In this document: positions 1-14,789 of the stretch, in pieces
Position numbering within the stretch: position 1 is the first letter of the stretch
How the letters are laid out: every line of letters begins with the position of its first letter
Assembly (NCBI RefSeq): GCF_006345805.1
Contig: NC_043017.1
Location: 22,878,001 to 22,942,000, forward strand
Reading direction: 5' to 3'
DNA: 64,000 bases
Source of the DNA: Octopus sinensis
Lineage: Eukaryota
Position numbers and translations under genes: made by a program
Notes under the pieces: generated by a model
Databases searched by the model: none
Told to the model about the DNA's origin: nothing
Seen by the model: only the letters and a program-made list of their open reading frames with translations

Positions 1-437
1 GGAAATGTTATGTTGTGAATATTGAGATTCAGATCGTAAATATCGTTTCAAATTTGATGATGATCAGGGATTCAGATAGACAGAAGCAGCAGTCCTTCAT
101 TCAATTCCATCCATTCAATGTTATTTATTGCAAATTAAATTGATATTTATCAGAAATAACCAATATGTGTAAAATAAAACTGGTTTATCTGTGATTAACA
201 TTTTACATAATAAGCATTTTTATTAATTATTCTTATATTATTTTGATTATATTATTCTTTGACTGGTTTCGCTCATTGGATTGTGGCCATTCTGGGGCAC
301 TATTTTCGTTGGTTTTAGTTCATGATATTGATTTCAAATTTTGACACAAGGCCAGCATTGACTCTAGTGTTCAGCTGGTGCTGATTTTATTGAACTTGAA
401 AAGGATAAAAAGCAAAATCAACCCCAGCAGAACCTCA

Positions 438-803
438 ATCATTTGACTGCGGCCATGCTGGAGCACCGCCTTTAATCGAGCAACTCGACCCCGGGACTTA
501 TTCTTTTGTAAGCCCAGTACTTATTATATCGGTCTCTTTTGCCAAACCGCTAGGTAACGGGGACATAAACACACCAGCATCGGTTGTCAAGCAATGCTAG
601 GGGGACAAACACAGACACACACATACATACATATACATATATACGACAGGCTTCTTTCAGTTTCCGTCTACCAAATCCACTCACAAGGCTTTGGTCGGCC
701 CGGGGCTATAGCAGAAGACACTTGCCCAAGATGCCACGCAGTGGGACTGAACCCGGAACCACGTGGTTGGTTAGCAAGCTACTTACCACACAGCCACTCC
801 TGC
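438..803 (-). mobile_element. tRNA-headed SINE family A (head GCAGGAGTGGCTGTGTGGTAAG), representative copy
   Basis: Recurs near-identically at ~3142-3520(-), 13745-14129(-), 16436-16812(-), 19813-20195(+), 20700-20942(-), 35073-35427(+), 39000-39388(+), 45615-45983(-), 46584-46935(+), 49503-49893(+), 53796-54118(-), 55465-55903(-), plus fragments. Confidence 0.9.
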
Positions 804-1384
804 GCCTATATATTTTTTTTGTACATGTGTATGTGCATGTACACCAGCGTAAAGGTAAGCAAGTGTGCATTTGATCGGCAGTATTCCAGCAAGAATAGTT
901 TTTTTGTTCGTTGCATTGAATCAACAAGAAAGCCAGAGTTGAGTTAGTTGATCTGACATCATATAATGGTATTGAGAGATTCCATGAACAACATTGGCAA
1001 TGCTTCCCTTAGCAGAAACTGCAGATAGACAGATAAGTATAATAACAAATAGGCAACGCTTTACAAAGGAATATCTTTTAGATCTACATATTATTTTTTA
1101 ATTCAATCTTCTTTCTAATTGTGCCTACATCAAAGAATTACTTCAAAGCAAAACATTTCAGTGTTTAATAAGGGAAATTGTGTATATGTAAATAGTAATA
1201 TGTATGTGCATTGCTGTATGTATGTGTGTAGGTATGTATGTATGTAAGTATGTGTGTGTGTGTATGAATGAATCTTGACACGTGTGTATATAAATGTTTG
1301 AATCTTTGTTAATATACATGTATGTATGTTTGTAAATGAAAATATATGAATGTATGTAAATATATATATATGGGTGTGTGTGTG

Positions 1385-1419
<35 letters not shown>

Positions 1420-4215
1420 ATATATATATGTATATATATATGTGTGTGTATATATATATGTATATATATGTATATATATGTGTGTATATATATGTATATA
1501 TATATATGTGTGTGTATATATATGTGTGTGTGTATATATATGTGTGTGTGTATATATATGTATATATATATATGTGTGTGTATATATATGTATATATATA
1601 TATGTGTGTGTATATATATTGTGTATATATATGTATATATATATGTATATATATATATGTATGTATATGTATATATATATATGTATGTATATATAAATGT
1701 ATATATATATATATATGTGTGTGTAAAGATGTATATATAATATGTCTATATGCAATTATAAATGTACGCATGTTTGTATGTTCCTTCTTTTTTTTTTTAC
1801 ATCTGTTTTTCTATGTTGACATTGGTGGAATGGATACATACTGCTGAGGCATTATTTTACTGCCAGATGCCCTTCCTGTTTTTTACTTTCAAAGTTCTAT
1901 TGGTACAGAAGAAATTTTTTTTTATATTTCATTAATCTTCGAAATCACAAAACTAACAAATAATTTGCTGACAAGAAAATCCAACAAACATCACCGTTTT
2001 CAGCTCAGCACAGATTATGCATTCACACACATACACACACACACAGTATATACACACTCATACATATATACATGCATATGTTGGGTCATCTCATAAATCA
2101 TCTAAATCCTTAAATCCTTAAAAATGTTTCAGCCCGAAGGCTGCGGCCATGCTGGGGCACCACCGCTGAATGAGCTACACTAATATGTGAATCCACCTCT
2201 GATACGTGGCATTTGGTCAACAAGGGAGTTCGATGCCGCTGCCCGCATCTGTGTCTCCTATCGTGAGGTAGGTTCATCTGGGACCCCCAACAAGAAGAGA
2301 TCCAGTTTAGCTTTAATTTTTTTTTTTTGTTTTGGTAAAATCTGTGAAAATTTGAACCAACTTTTGACTCAGTCTGGTAGTGCAAATATTTTCTGACAGA
2401 AAACTCAATTCTTTGTATAGAGTGAATAGAGATGTATGTCTATTATATCAAAACTTGCCAGTATAATCTGAGCTTCATTACAGGTCACTATATTCATCAT
2501 CACCATCATCCTCATCTCACATATGTGTGTGTATGTGGTAAGTAGCTTGCTTACCAACCACATGGTTCCGGGTTCAGTCCCACTGTGTGGCACCTTGGGC
2601 AAGAGTCTTCTACTATAGCCACGGACCAACCAAAGCCTTGAGAGTGGATTTGGTAGACAGAAACTGAAAAAAGCCTGTCACATGTATATATATATATAAA
2701 GGGGTTTGTATGATTGTGTATAGAGGGATATATATTATTCAAAGGAATTCCAACTCTATTTTTTATGTTTTATTTATATTCTTTATAATATTAATGTAGA
2801 ATATATAGTATAAATAGTATATACAGTAAAATGAAATGAAGTATTGATTGTCTTATTGAATGGATGAAATATTGAATATCAAATATTAAGGGACTAGAAT
2901 ACTTTCTTGCATTGTTTGCTTCCTTGTTCTCTTTGTATCGTCTATCTCGATGTTTTGTTGTCCCTTTTTTGTATCACCTAACTGTCTGGGTGTTTTGCGT
3001 TCTTGTCCATTTTGTATTTTTTACATATATATATATACATACATACATATACGTCAGGCTTCTCCCAGTTTCTTCTTACCAAATCCACTCACAGGGCTTT
3101 GATTTGCCTGTGGTTGTAGACAAATGAATGTATATATATATTCTTTTTCTTGTTTCCGTCATTTGACTGTGGCCATGCTGGGGCACTGCCTTTAGTCAAA
3201 CAAATTGACCCCTGGACTTATTCTTTGTAAGCCTGGTACTTATTCTATTGGTCTCTTTTGCCAAAGTGCTAACTTACAGGGATGTAAACACACTGACATC
3301 GATTGTCAAGCAATGGTCGAGAGACAAACACAGACACACACACACACACACATATATACGACAGGCTTCTTTTAGTTTCCGTCTACCAAATCCATTCACA
3401 AGGCTTTGATCAGCCCGAGGCTACAGTAGAAGACACTTGCCCTAAGGTGCCACGCAGTGAGACTGAACCCAAAACCATGTGGTTGGGAAGCAAGCTTCTT
3501 ACCACACAGCCACGCCTGCACCTACACAGTAACACCTGAATTACATCATTTTGATAATTTCACCTCCATCCTCCTTGCTTGCATGAATTGGATGCTTTGA
3601 CAGGATCCAAATTGCTGGAGGACCATTTCTGTTCCAGCATTTCTATTTTGGTATGATTTCTACTAAGAAGGATGCCCTTCTTAACGCCATCAATTTTACA
3701 GACTGCACTGCATACATTCTTTTCATGGCACCAGCACTGTAGAGGTTACCTTGCCATCAGGCCACACTAAAAGTCCCTTTTTAAGTCCTACATTTTTCAC
3801 TTCTTGAATTGATTGCCAACCGCTTAAAGAGAATGTCCTGGATGCTTTTTAGCAGCTCCAACACTGGTGGGGATCACCTTGTTGCTCACAAAGCAAAAGA
3901 GAGAGAGAAGGAGAGAACATGAAGGATGGAACAGATTTAACGTTGTGAGAAGATAGTGGAGAGATTAGCATAACAGTGAGAACAATGCTAGAGTGAGAGA
4001 AATGGAAGAAACGGATATGAAGAGGAAAAGTAGGGGAGGTGGAACAAAGTGTACTGGCGTATGTGTGTGTGTGTACAACAACAACAATAATAACAGGAGA
4101 TATAAATGTTGGTTGGTTGGTTGATTTCTTCAGACACACTTTACACTACATATGCATATAGTTTTTATATCTATATACGTGTGTATATATATGTGTGTGT
4201 GTGTTGTATATATAT

Positions 4216-4290
<75 letters not shown>

Positions 4291-5123
4291 ATACTTATAT
4301 ATATATATATATATATTACTTATATATATATATATATATATATACTTATATATATATATATATATATATACTTATATATATATATATATATATACTTATA
4401 TATATATATACTATACTTATATATATATATATATACTTATATATATATATATATATACTTATATATATATATAATATATACTTATATATATATATATATA
4501 TAACATATACAACACATACACAATTAGATATATATGAAATTCTTTTAGTAATATTTTGTAATTAAATGGTAGCTTTTTTATCATTTATATTCTGTTATTT
4601 TTCTTAGAATGTGTGTGTGTTTGTATGTGTATGTGTATATATATATATATGTGTGTGTGTATATATATATGTACGTATGTATGTATATTTATATATATTA
4701 TTGTATTTAGCTCTGATTGGCTAAACAATAATATTACCTTCACAATACTTCACTGAAAGCACTAAAACCCTTTATATATATATATATATATATAAATGGT
4801 GTTTGCTCTTCTGATGTTTTTCAATATAGCAAGCAAGTGTCTGCCAACCATCTTCTTGTGTTCTTATCATTGTTGTCCGATGCTTTGTTGTTGCTATTGT
4901 TGTTGCTTTATGGTGGTGGTGCTGGTGCTGGTGTTTAGCTAATTCTTTCTTATGACGACAGCAATTATTCTTTGCAGTGTTTCATGTTTGTTTGCTGCCA
5001 TCAAATATTTCAGTTCACTAATGTTATCTTTGGGCTGGAAGAGGGGAAGTTATTGGTACTAAGAGACAAGTAATAATGGCCATCCTGGTTTTTTCTGTAT
5101 TTATGTATGTATGTATTATGCAT

Positions 5124-5158
<35 letters not shown>

Positions 5159-5646
5159 TAGATAGATATCTAGATACATATAGACATATGTATGTATGTA
5201 TGGATATATATGTGTATATTTATTTATATATGTTTATAATGATATATTAAAATAATCATTGTTCACAAGTTTCATTAATGGACTTATTACACATTTATAT
5301 CTTAAATATCCAACATTTCTTCAACAATTGAGATCTTAAATAAATGTAGAAAAATGAAAAAAAAATATTGTGTTCATTGTTAATGTCTTAAAATATTTTA
5401 GTACATTTTCTCATTCATTAAAGTTTATACTAAATGTGTGTGTGTGTGAGATGGACTTATTTGAATTTCCATCTACAATATCCACTCACAAGGTCTTGGC
5501 CAGCCTGAGGCTATGGTAGAAGATACTTGCCCAAGGTGCCATACAGTGGGACTGAACCCAGAAACATATAGTTCACAAACTTCTTACCACACAGCCTCAT
5601 CTGTGTATATTATATGTCTGTATATATATCTCTGTATGTGTATGTA

Positions 5647-5679
<33 letters not shown>

Positions 5680-5903
5680 CTTTACTGCCCACATGGGGCT
5701 AAACATAGAGGAGACAAACAAGGACAGACAAAGGGGTTAAGTCGATTACATCGACCCCAGTGCGAAACTGGTACTTTATTTATCGACCCCGAAAGGATGA
5801 AAGGCAAAGCTGACCTCGGCGGAATTTGAACTGAGAACATAACGACATGAAATACCGCTAAGCATTTCGCCCAGCGCACTAACGCTTCTGCCAGCTCACC
5901 ACC

Positions 5904-5982
<79 letters not shown>

Positions 5983-6044
5983 TGCAAGAGTTGTAAATAT
6001 AAACCCTGCTAGCCTATCTTTTCTTAAGAAAATTTTCTTCACAA

Positions 6045-6385
6045 GGATCTCATCTTTGTGACCAGTGATCTGAATGGACATGTTGGGCAGCAGCCAGGTA
6101 CTGACATGAGGGTCATTGAATTCGATCTCAAAATGAAGAGGGAACAAGGCTACTGGAGTTCTGTGATGCAAATAACTTAATGATCTGCAACACCAACTCC
6201 AGGAAGCCAGCCGGTCACCTGCTTGCCTATCAGTTGGGTGACCACGCTCGCCAGATCGATTCCATTCTCACCAGTCAGTGAGATACTTGGTTGCTCAGAA
6301 ATGCAAAGACCTTTCCTAGTGTAGAATGTACCCCACCGGCATAGACTGGTCATCAGTGACTTCAGGCCAGAAGGTTTCCTAGAAG
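6045..6385 (+). mobile_element. RTE-clade LINE APE endonuclease fragment (decayed)
   Basis: Translates to SDLNGHVG..NEEGTRLLEFCDANNLMICNT..QIDSIL..HRLVISDF with stop and frameshift. Confidence 0.8.
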
Positions 6386-6497
6386 CAGAACAGTCAACTG
6401 CCTTAGACAGAAATAATTACAGAGGTATGAAATTGCTGGGTAAGGTGATGAAAGTTACAGTGAGTCATACCCCAACTAATTAGGGACAGGGTTAGTT

Positions 6498-6538
<41 letters not shown>

Positions 6539-6642
6539 CTACCTATCTATCTCTCTCTCTATATATATATATATATAGAGAGAGAGAGATAGATAAATAG
6601 AGAGAAATATAGACAGTAGTACGTATGTGTTGTGTGTGTGTG

Positions 6643-6862
6643 TAATTCACCATCGTTAAGAATGACAACGGTACAGTGAGCACAAGTATTGCTAGAAATA
6701 GGAGTCGTAGACTCCTTGCCACAAAAAAGCTTGGTCTCTTCGTATTGACAATGGAGAAAACAAAGAGTCCATGTGCCCTTTGTGGATCAGGAATCTACGA
6801 CTTCTATTTCTAGCAATGCTGGTGCTCACTGCACCCTTGTCACTCATAGTAATGGTGAATTA
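6643..6862. mobile_element. Palindromic MITE, ~73-bp arms
   Basis: AATTCACCAT..ATTGCTAGAAATAG.AGTCGTAGA.TCCT is inverted at the far end. Confidence 0.75.
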
Positions 6863-8327
6863 TTTCCATGTTGGTTTTAAAGTACTGTTAACCACCTTGA
6901 ATATTTTATATATATTATATATATATATATAAAAATATATATGTATATATATTTTATATATATATATAAATCCAGACCTCAGGCAAACTGTCCAACCCAT
7001 GCCAGCATGGAAAACAGATGTTAAACGATGATGATGATGATGACTACCATCACTAGTTTCAGATTGTAGTTGTTGGCCTATGAAGATACTTTTTTCAAAT
7101 TGTCTTCTGATATCAGAACAAGTGTACTTATATACCTATATACACCGCATCTTCCTTCTTCTGAACATTGAACAAACAATGAAATAAACTTTGAACTTTG
7201 ACCTGTCTATTCTCTGACTAAATGTCTTCTTTGATGAACCCCATATTGTCAAATAACTGAATAATGTTGAAATAAACTTCAACCTTTGGAACGTTTATTT
7301 TTTGTAATGTTTTAAGCTGGTGCGTTTTACTGTAAATGATTTATGCTGTTTGTTATTGGAATTCATAATCCTTTATAATTACTTTATCATGGTCATTGTG
7401 AGGTTACTCACCTCACTAAGCACTCTTTCTGTCTATCTCTCTCTCTCTCTCTCTCACACACATTCACTCACTCATGCACACGTACACACAATATGTAAGG
7501 TGATTTGTTGGCTATTTGTTTTATATTGACAACAGTGTAGATGAATGACATCCCAGCAGGAAATAAGGAGACTTTGATGTGGCACAGTTAAAATTCAGAT
7601 ATTATAAGATTAAAGCATAGAATGTATTTGTCTGTTACTAACCTTGTAAATATTACAACAGAGATTCTTCAACATTTTGGCATCATCATCATCATCGTTT
7701 AACGTCCGTTTTCCATGCTAGCATGGGTTGGACGGTTCAACTGGGGTCTGGGAAGCCAGAAGGCTGCGCCAGGCCCAGTCTGATCTGGCAGTGTTTCTAC
7801 AGCTGGATGCCCTTCCTAACGCCAACCACTCCATGAGTGTAGTGGGTGCTTTTTACGTGCCACCTGCACAGGTGCCAGACGAGGCTGGTAAAGGTGCCAG
7901 ATCATGAAACTAATGTAGAATTTGGTAAAAATCAGGTATGGTTGTGTGGTTAAGAAGTTTACATTTCAACCATGTAGTTTTGGGTTCAGTCCCACTGCAC
8001 AGCACCTTAGGCAAGTGTCTTATTAAAGTTCTAGGTTTACTAATGGCTTGTGAGTAAATTTGGTAGACAGAAACTGTATGGAAATCCACTGTGTATGTGT
8101 GTGTATGAGGCCATCTAAGAGTCCATAAGTCAGGATAAAATGCACTTGTTTATCTATTGGTAGAGTAGGTGTGTTAATCGAAGTGTATACTGTTATATAT
8201 ATCCATCACGGTTGATCTTACGAATCAGTTTCACACTAGGTATTCAACGGATTGTTAAGTAACAGTCCAATTATGTAACCTTGTGCTCTTCAGATGTAGC
8301 TGTTATGGAATGAAATACATAATGGGA

Positions 8328-8900
8328 TTGTCACCTAACACTCTAGGCTGAGTACAAAGTAGGCAACGTTTTGAAACATGAAATTCATCACAAAATATTT
8401 CAACGATGCTGAAATTTTATTCATCGAAGCAAGTACCATTACAATCAACACATTTTGTTTTTCCAGTAACATAAAAATATGGAGTTCTGGAACTGATGAA
8501 CTCTTGAAATGCACTTTCTTCATTGCTTGATTTTGAACTCCTTCTCTTGCAGGAAATCATCAAGGTGCTTGAAAAAGTGGTGGTCGGGAGGAGAAAGGTC
8601 TGGGGAATAAGCTGGGTGGGGAAGAATTTCTCAAATTCTGGAGCATCATTAGTGAAACGTGTGGTCAAGCATTGTCATGAAGAATGATTGGCCCTTTTCT
8701 GTTGACCTGTCTGGGATGGAGGAGTAGCAGTTTTGCATTTATTTGGCAACTTCATGGCAATATGTTTCTGCAGTAATAGTTTTAAGAAGTTATAGTGCAT
8801 GATTCCAGCAGTACACCACCAAACAGTTGCCCTAACCTTTTTGAAGAGCTCAGGTTTAGGGAAGGTTTACGGTGCTTCATTTTGGTCCAATCACTGCAAA
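8328..8900 (-). mobile_element. Mariner transposase C-terminal relic
   Basis: Minus strand: ILHDNA..PH..AFQEFISSRTPYFYVTG..KCVDCNGTCFDE, frameshifted. Confidence 0.75.
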
Positions 8901-9957
8901 GATCATTTTTTTTATTTTTGTACAGAATCCCCTTTTCATCACAAGTTACAATACAGTCAAGAAATTGGTTTGGTTACAGAGAATATATATATATATAATA
9001 TATATAAGTTTTAATAATGAAGTCAAATGAAATAGTGATATTTTGAAATCATTTAATATGCATGTTTCAGGTCTGCATAACATAAAATAGGAAAGGAAAC
9101 TTTCTTGTAACATGAAATAAACACATATAAACCTAATATACATACACGCATGTACATATATTAAATTTCATTCAGTTTCCATCTTCGAAATCCACTCCCA
9201 AGGCCACTAGGTCAACCTGGGGCTGCAGCGAAAACAGTTGAATTTCAAGTTTCATCAGAAATTCTTTTTAGAAAATGAAAAGGAACAAGTCTTACATTTA
9301 GTTACGTTTTGGTTTATTGGCTTTTCATTACACACTAATGATATGCAAGGGAGTGGGAGCATTTACACAGCCCACCCAACTTGGGCTAATTTCATAGCAT
9401 AACTGTAATGTTTTGTCTGAACTGTAAACAAATTTGACAAGGGACAGTGGAGCAATAAACTAGAAAATAGATCAGTCAATTGGGTGTGAAAATAGAATAA
9501 GCAAAGCTCAGTCGATGTGAAGGACTTTGTGAGCAAGCCATGACTCGAGCTTTCTTTCGTTGTTGTCAGTTTGTTGATATCTGTACAGTACTAAAAATAA
9601 ACTGTTGTAATTTTTAATGTACATACATCAATACAAGTGTGTGTGTGGGTGTATTGATGTACATACTTGTCATCATCATATGTACGTATATATATATATA
9701 TGTGTGTGTGTGTATATATTTATGTATGTCTGTATGTATGTGTGTGTGTATATATGTATGTATGTATATATGTACGTGTATGTACATACATTTATATATA
9801 TATACATATATGTGTGTGTGTATATATATATATATACGTATATGTGTGTGTATATATATATACATATATGTGTGTATATATATATATGTATGTACATACA
9901 TATATATACATATATGTATGTGTGTGTTTATGTACATATATCTATATATTAATATAT

Positions 9958-10846
9958 ATCTGAAGTCTGATCGATAAGTATCCACACTTTTGCCATAGTA
10001 ACAAATCTAAAGGACGCAGAGTAAAGCCACTTGGCACAGATTCACCTTGAATTTTGCTGTGCATGCACACTAAGTTTAAATATTCTCTCTCACTTCCACT
10101 ATTTACAGCAATGCTTGGAAGGAAGGTGTGTAGCACATCTGATCATTGCATTGACTGTCAGAAAAAGCTGTCGTGGCAATACCTGCTCAGGGGTCTATGC
10201 AAACTTACAGAAAGTGTATGGAGAGGAATACACACAGGTGTACGAGTGGTTCAGACGTTTCCAAAATGGTCAGAAAATTTCAATATTGATTAATGTTCTG
10301 GGAAACCCGCTACCAGCAGAACTGAGAAAAACATTGCAGATGCGCGTACAGCTGTGAGGGGAAATTATTGTATCACCATCCTTGAGTTATCAGAGGCTGT
10401 GCAGACTAGTTATGGTTCAGTTCAGTTCATTATCAAGGAAGATTTGGGTATGAGATACGTGTCTGCCAAGTTTGTGCCAAAACTGCTTTCAGATGACTGA
10501 AAAGACACTCAGGTTTCAGTTGCACAAGAACTCCCTGGCTGTGTCGAAAACAATGAGAACATTTTGAAAGCTTTGCATAGGCCTCTGTGCAGGAACCGTC
10601 AAGCTTTGGGCAAAATTTTTGCAGATTCTCTACTCAACTTTCTCTTTTATATTCATTGCGATGATCACATACTACACACCTTCCTTCCAAGCACTGCTGT
10701 AAACAGCTGAAGTGAGCTAGAATGTTAAAACTTAGCACACATGCACAGCAGACTTCAAGGTCAATCTGTACCAAGTGGTTTCACTCTGCTTGGTTTAGCT
10801 TCATTACTATGGCAACAGTCCAGATACTTATTGATCAGATGACATA
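9958..10846 (+). mobile_element. Internally deleted mariner with ~120-bp TIRs
   Basis: Inverted repeats 9958-10078 and 10726-10846. Interior encodes VYEWFRRFQNG..EDLGMRYVSAKFVPKLL. Confidence 0.8.
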
Positions 10847-11544
10847 TGTGTTTGTATATTAGTATCATTATCATCGTTTAACGTCCATTTTCCATGCTGG
10901 CATGGGTTGGACAGTTTGACTGAGGTCTGGAGAGCCAGCAGCTGCACCAGGCTCCAATCTGATCTGGCAATGTTTCTACAGCTGGATGCCCTTCCTAATA
11001 CCAACCACTCCAAGAGTGTAGTGGTTGCTTTTTATGTGCCACTGGCATAGGAGCCAGTCGGGTAGGCCTGGCATTGACCACGTTTGGATCATGCTTTTTA
11101 CGTGCCACCGGCACAAAAGCCAGTCAGCGGGTACTGGCGTCAACCATGATTGGTTGGTGCTATTTACGTGCCACCGGCACAGGAGCCAGTTAGGCATACT
11201 TGGCATCGACAATGTTCACATGGCCATATATTTTACATGCCATATATCTATATATATATATGTATGTATGTATTATTATATTGCTGTTTTTATATCTTTT
11301 GTACATTATACTGGTATAGCCATGATGCAACCCCCGAAAACTGAGTCAGTAGTCAGTGTCATTAAATGGTAGCCAGTGCAATGAAATAGAATTTTTATTT
11401 CCATACTCTTAACATTACCATAAACGAATTTAAAAGTTATATGTAAATAAACATATATATATATATATGTTTATGGAGATCGCCATGTTGATTCTCTAGC
11501 TTCTGCACGCATTTTTTTTTCTCTCCTTGTTTCTTTTCTGTGTA

Positions 11545-11582
11545 TCTTTCTGTTGAAGAGCGTAGGCTCAAAACGTAAAAGA
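11545..11582 (+). ncRNA. Degenerate minimal hammerhead motif in a dispersed repeat (11471-11670)
   Basis: TCTTT-CTGTTGA-A-GAGC(gtag)GCTC-AAAA-CG-TA^-AAAGA; two core substitutions. Confidence 0.45.
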
Positions 11583-12735
11583 CTTGTTTTATTTACATTC
11601 CTGAGCGCCATACTAATAGAATTGTTTGTTTGTATTCCACCTGCCTTCGTCTTTTGTTTATTTCCATAAAGCTTCCCGTTATATATATATATATATATAT
11701 ATACACGCACATATACATATGTATGAATATATATCTATTGATGTAGATATATTTATATATATACTTTTTTATTGGCAGAAAGTTAGAAAAGTACCTCAAA
11801 GACCAAGAGTTTCATTTATTTAATAATATTAATAATAATAATAATAATAATCCTTTCTACTGCATGCACAAGACCTGATATTTGCAGAGAGGTGACCAAT
11901 TGATTACATCAACCCCAGTGCATAACTGGTACGTATTTTATCGTCCTTGAAAACTCACAACATAAAGCTGGAAGAAATGTCTTAAAGCATTTTATCCAGC
12001 TCACTAACAATTCTGCCAATTTGCCATTTTAATAATAATAATAATAATAATAATAACAATAATAATAATCATCCCTTCAATTAAAGGCACAAGGCCTGAA
12101 ATTTGGGCAGGGGGGCTAATCGATTACATCAACCCCAGTATTCAACTGGTACTTATTTTATTGACCCTGAAAGGATGAAAGGCAAAGGTGACTTCAGCAG
12201 AGTTTGAACTCAGAATGTAAAGAACTGAAAGAAATGCCACTTAGCATTTTGTCCAATGTGATTATAGTTCTTCCAGTTTACTGCATTCTTGATAGACAAA
12301 AATAATGGCATGTTCTTCTTTCTAACACAATTACAGTTGACCCCTGTTGTCTTAGAACATTTAAAATAAACTGACATATGTAAAATGGTTTCAATTATTT
12401 TTGAACAGTCAGAGAATCCATGCTGGAGCCTAATCTTGCTACTATGAAAGGAGTCGTGGTTCTCACCCAATAGATTTATGTAAATAGTAACCTATTAACC
12501 TCGTCCTCCTGTGTGATCTGACCTCTCACCTTTGATCTTTAATGCTTTTGATATGCATTTTTTTTTTTGGTTTTATACAAACCGTTCATCCAGGCTGATA
12601 ATGTGTGTGTGTGTGTGTAAATACCCAAAAATATCAAGACACATACACATAACAGCAGGAATACATACAGACCAGACATGCATGTAAATATACATGTATT
12701 GTAGTGCATCTGAGCACTATCTAAAACAAACTCAT

Positions 12736-12785
<50 letters not shown>

Positions 12786-13018
12786 CATAACAATATATAT
12801 ATATACATACGTATATATATATATATATACATACATATATATATATACATAATATATATATACATACATATATATATATATTATACATACATATATATAT
12901 ACATACATATATATATATATACATATAAAAATATATGTATACATATATATATATATACATATAAATATATGTATACATATATATATATATACATACATAT
13001 ATATATATATATATGTGT

Positions 13019-13306
13019 GGAGGCGCAATGGCCCAGTGGTTAGGGCAGCGGACTCGCGGTTTCAACTCCCAGATCAGGCGTTGTGAGTGTTTATTGAGCG
13101 AAAACACCTAAAGCTCCACGAGGCTCCCGCATGGGATGGTGGCGATCCCTGCTGTACTCTTTCGCCACAACTTTCTCTCACTCTTTCTTCTGTAGGCCTG
13201 CTCGCTTAGCCAGTGGGGTGGTGTCACTTGAAGGCTAAAACAATGCGAAGTGCATTGTGACCAGCGATGTGTAGCAACATCTGATAGCCTGGTCGATCAC
13301 GGTGAT
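13019..13306 (+). mobile_element. tRNA-headed SINE family C (head GGAGGCGCAATGGCCCAGTGGTTAG)
   Basis: A/B-box-like head. Other copies at 14790-15188(-), 15302-15590(-), 30596-30760(+), 53212-53325(-), 56085-56145. Confidence 0.88.
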
Positions 13307-13316
13307 ATATATATAT

Positions 13317-13347
<31 letters not shown>

Positions 13348-13454
13348 CATATCTTTCTACCTATTTATCCATCAATCTATATATCTACCCATCTATCTAC
13401 CTGCCTACATATCTATTTATCTGTCTAGCTACGTCTGTCTATCTATCTGTTTTC

Positions 13455-13488
<34 letters not shown>

Positions 13489-13744
13489 CGAATGTATGCA
13501 TACATATGTGCACACTCACATTCATTAATTATCATTTTGACATTTATTTTTTTCATGCTTGCTTGATTCAGACAGGATTTGTTGAGCCAAATTTTTAGAG
13601 GCTGAGATATTTTGTACCCTGCCAAGCATACAGAGTTCACTTTCTGCTGATCCCTTTCACACATGCATCACATCTTTTAACCCTTTTGGTTTTCCCCTTA
13701 CCCTTACCCTGTTGCACACTTCCCCTTACCAGTCCACCTTCATT

Positions 13745-14129
13745 TACTCTTTTACTTGCTTCAGTCATTTGACTGCGGCCATGCTGGAGCACCGCCTATA
13801 ATCGAGCAACTCGACCCCGGGACTTATTCTTTTGTAAGCCCAGTACTTATTCTATCGGTCTCTTTTGCCGAACCGCTAAGTAACGGGGACATAAACACAC
13901 CAGCATCGGTTGTCAAGCAATGCTAGGGGGACAAGCACAGACACACAAACACATATATATATACGTATATATGACGGGCTTCTTTCAGTTTCCATCTACC
14001 AAATCCACTCACAAGGCTTTGGTCAGCCCGAGGCTATAGTAGAAGACACTTGCCCAAGGTGCCACGCAGTGGGACTGAACCCGGAACCATGTGGTTGGTA
14101 AACAAGCTACTTACCACACAGCCACTCCC
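13745..14129 (-). mobile_element. SINE family A copy
   Basis: Near-identical to 438-803. Confidence 0.9.
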
Positions 14130-14254
14130 TCTATTAGGCTTTAGTATAAGCAACTGCACTGGTCCTTTCCATCCTTGTAATTCTCTCTGCATCCTTCTGA
14201 CTGTCTCTCCACTCCCTTGACCTATCTATTGAAGGTTGCAACTTAAGCAAGATG

Positions 14255-14405
14255 TAGGTTGTGGTATGACCGGTGCTCATTTCTTAGTGAGACAAATGCA
14301 AAAACGGTTTTTAGTTCTCTGCTTGGTATTTACTGATCTGGAGAAGGCTTTTCGCAGGGTATCACAGTAAGTAGTTTGGTGGCTTCTAAGTAACCTTGAT
14401 GTATG
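14255..14405 (+). mobile_element. RTE-clade reverse transcriptase fragment
   Basis: FLVRQMQK..VFTDLEKAF..VVWWLL, matching the DLEKAFD region. Confidence 0.65.
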
Positions 14406-14789
14406 CGAGCTGGCAGAAACGTTAGCACGTCGGACGAATTGCGTAACCGTATCTCCTCTGCCATTACATTCTGAGTTCAAATTCCGCCGAGGTCGACTTT
14501 TCGTTTCATCCTTTCGGGGTCGATTAATTAAGTACCAGTTACGCACTGGGGTCAATGTAATCGACTTAATCCCCTTGTCTGTTCTTGTTTGTCCACTCTG
14601 TGTTTAGCCCCTTGTGGGTAGTAAAGAAATAGATACTAGATAGTAGAGAGACGTAGGCAGTGAATTTAGGGAATATGCAAAAATCAGGAATGAAATGAAG
14701 CAAGCATGTTCTGCCGGATGCGTAAATTTAGTTTGCTTAGTTGAGAAAGCAAAGATGAGCTGAGAAAAAAACTGAGAACATGACTCAGA

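Noticed and set aside
584-947. Recurrent ORFs such as MSSNARGTNTDT.. and ..YQIHSQGFGRP..
   Set aside because: Chance frames inside SINE family A, repeated at every copy.
1130-1847. Long ORFs rich in Y/I/H/T/C/V here and at 4100-4560, 9610-9985, 12540-13100, 22430-22790, 54560-54980, 57580-58000, 60100-60770
   Set aside because: Translations of (TA)n/(TG)n/(TATG)n microsatellites that lack stop codons; no coding signal.
4975-5070. Candidate + strand exon (VSCLFAAIKYFSSLMLSLGWKRGSYWY or FTNVIFGLEEGKLLVLRDK)
   Set aside because: No recognisable homology and no compatible partner exons found.
7130-7270. Candidate minus-strand small exons with AG/GT borders
   Set aside because: The implied intron is ~42 nt, and there is no protein motif or gene context.
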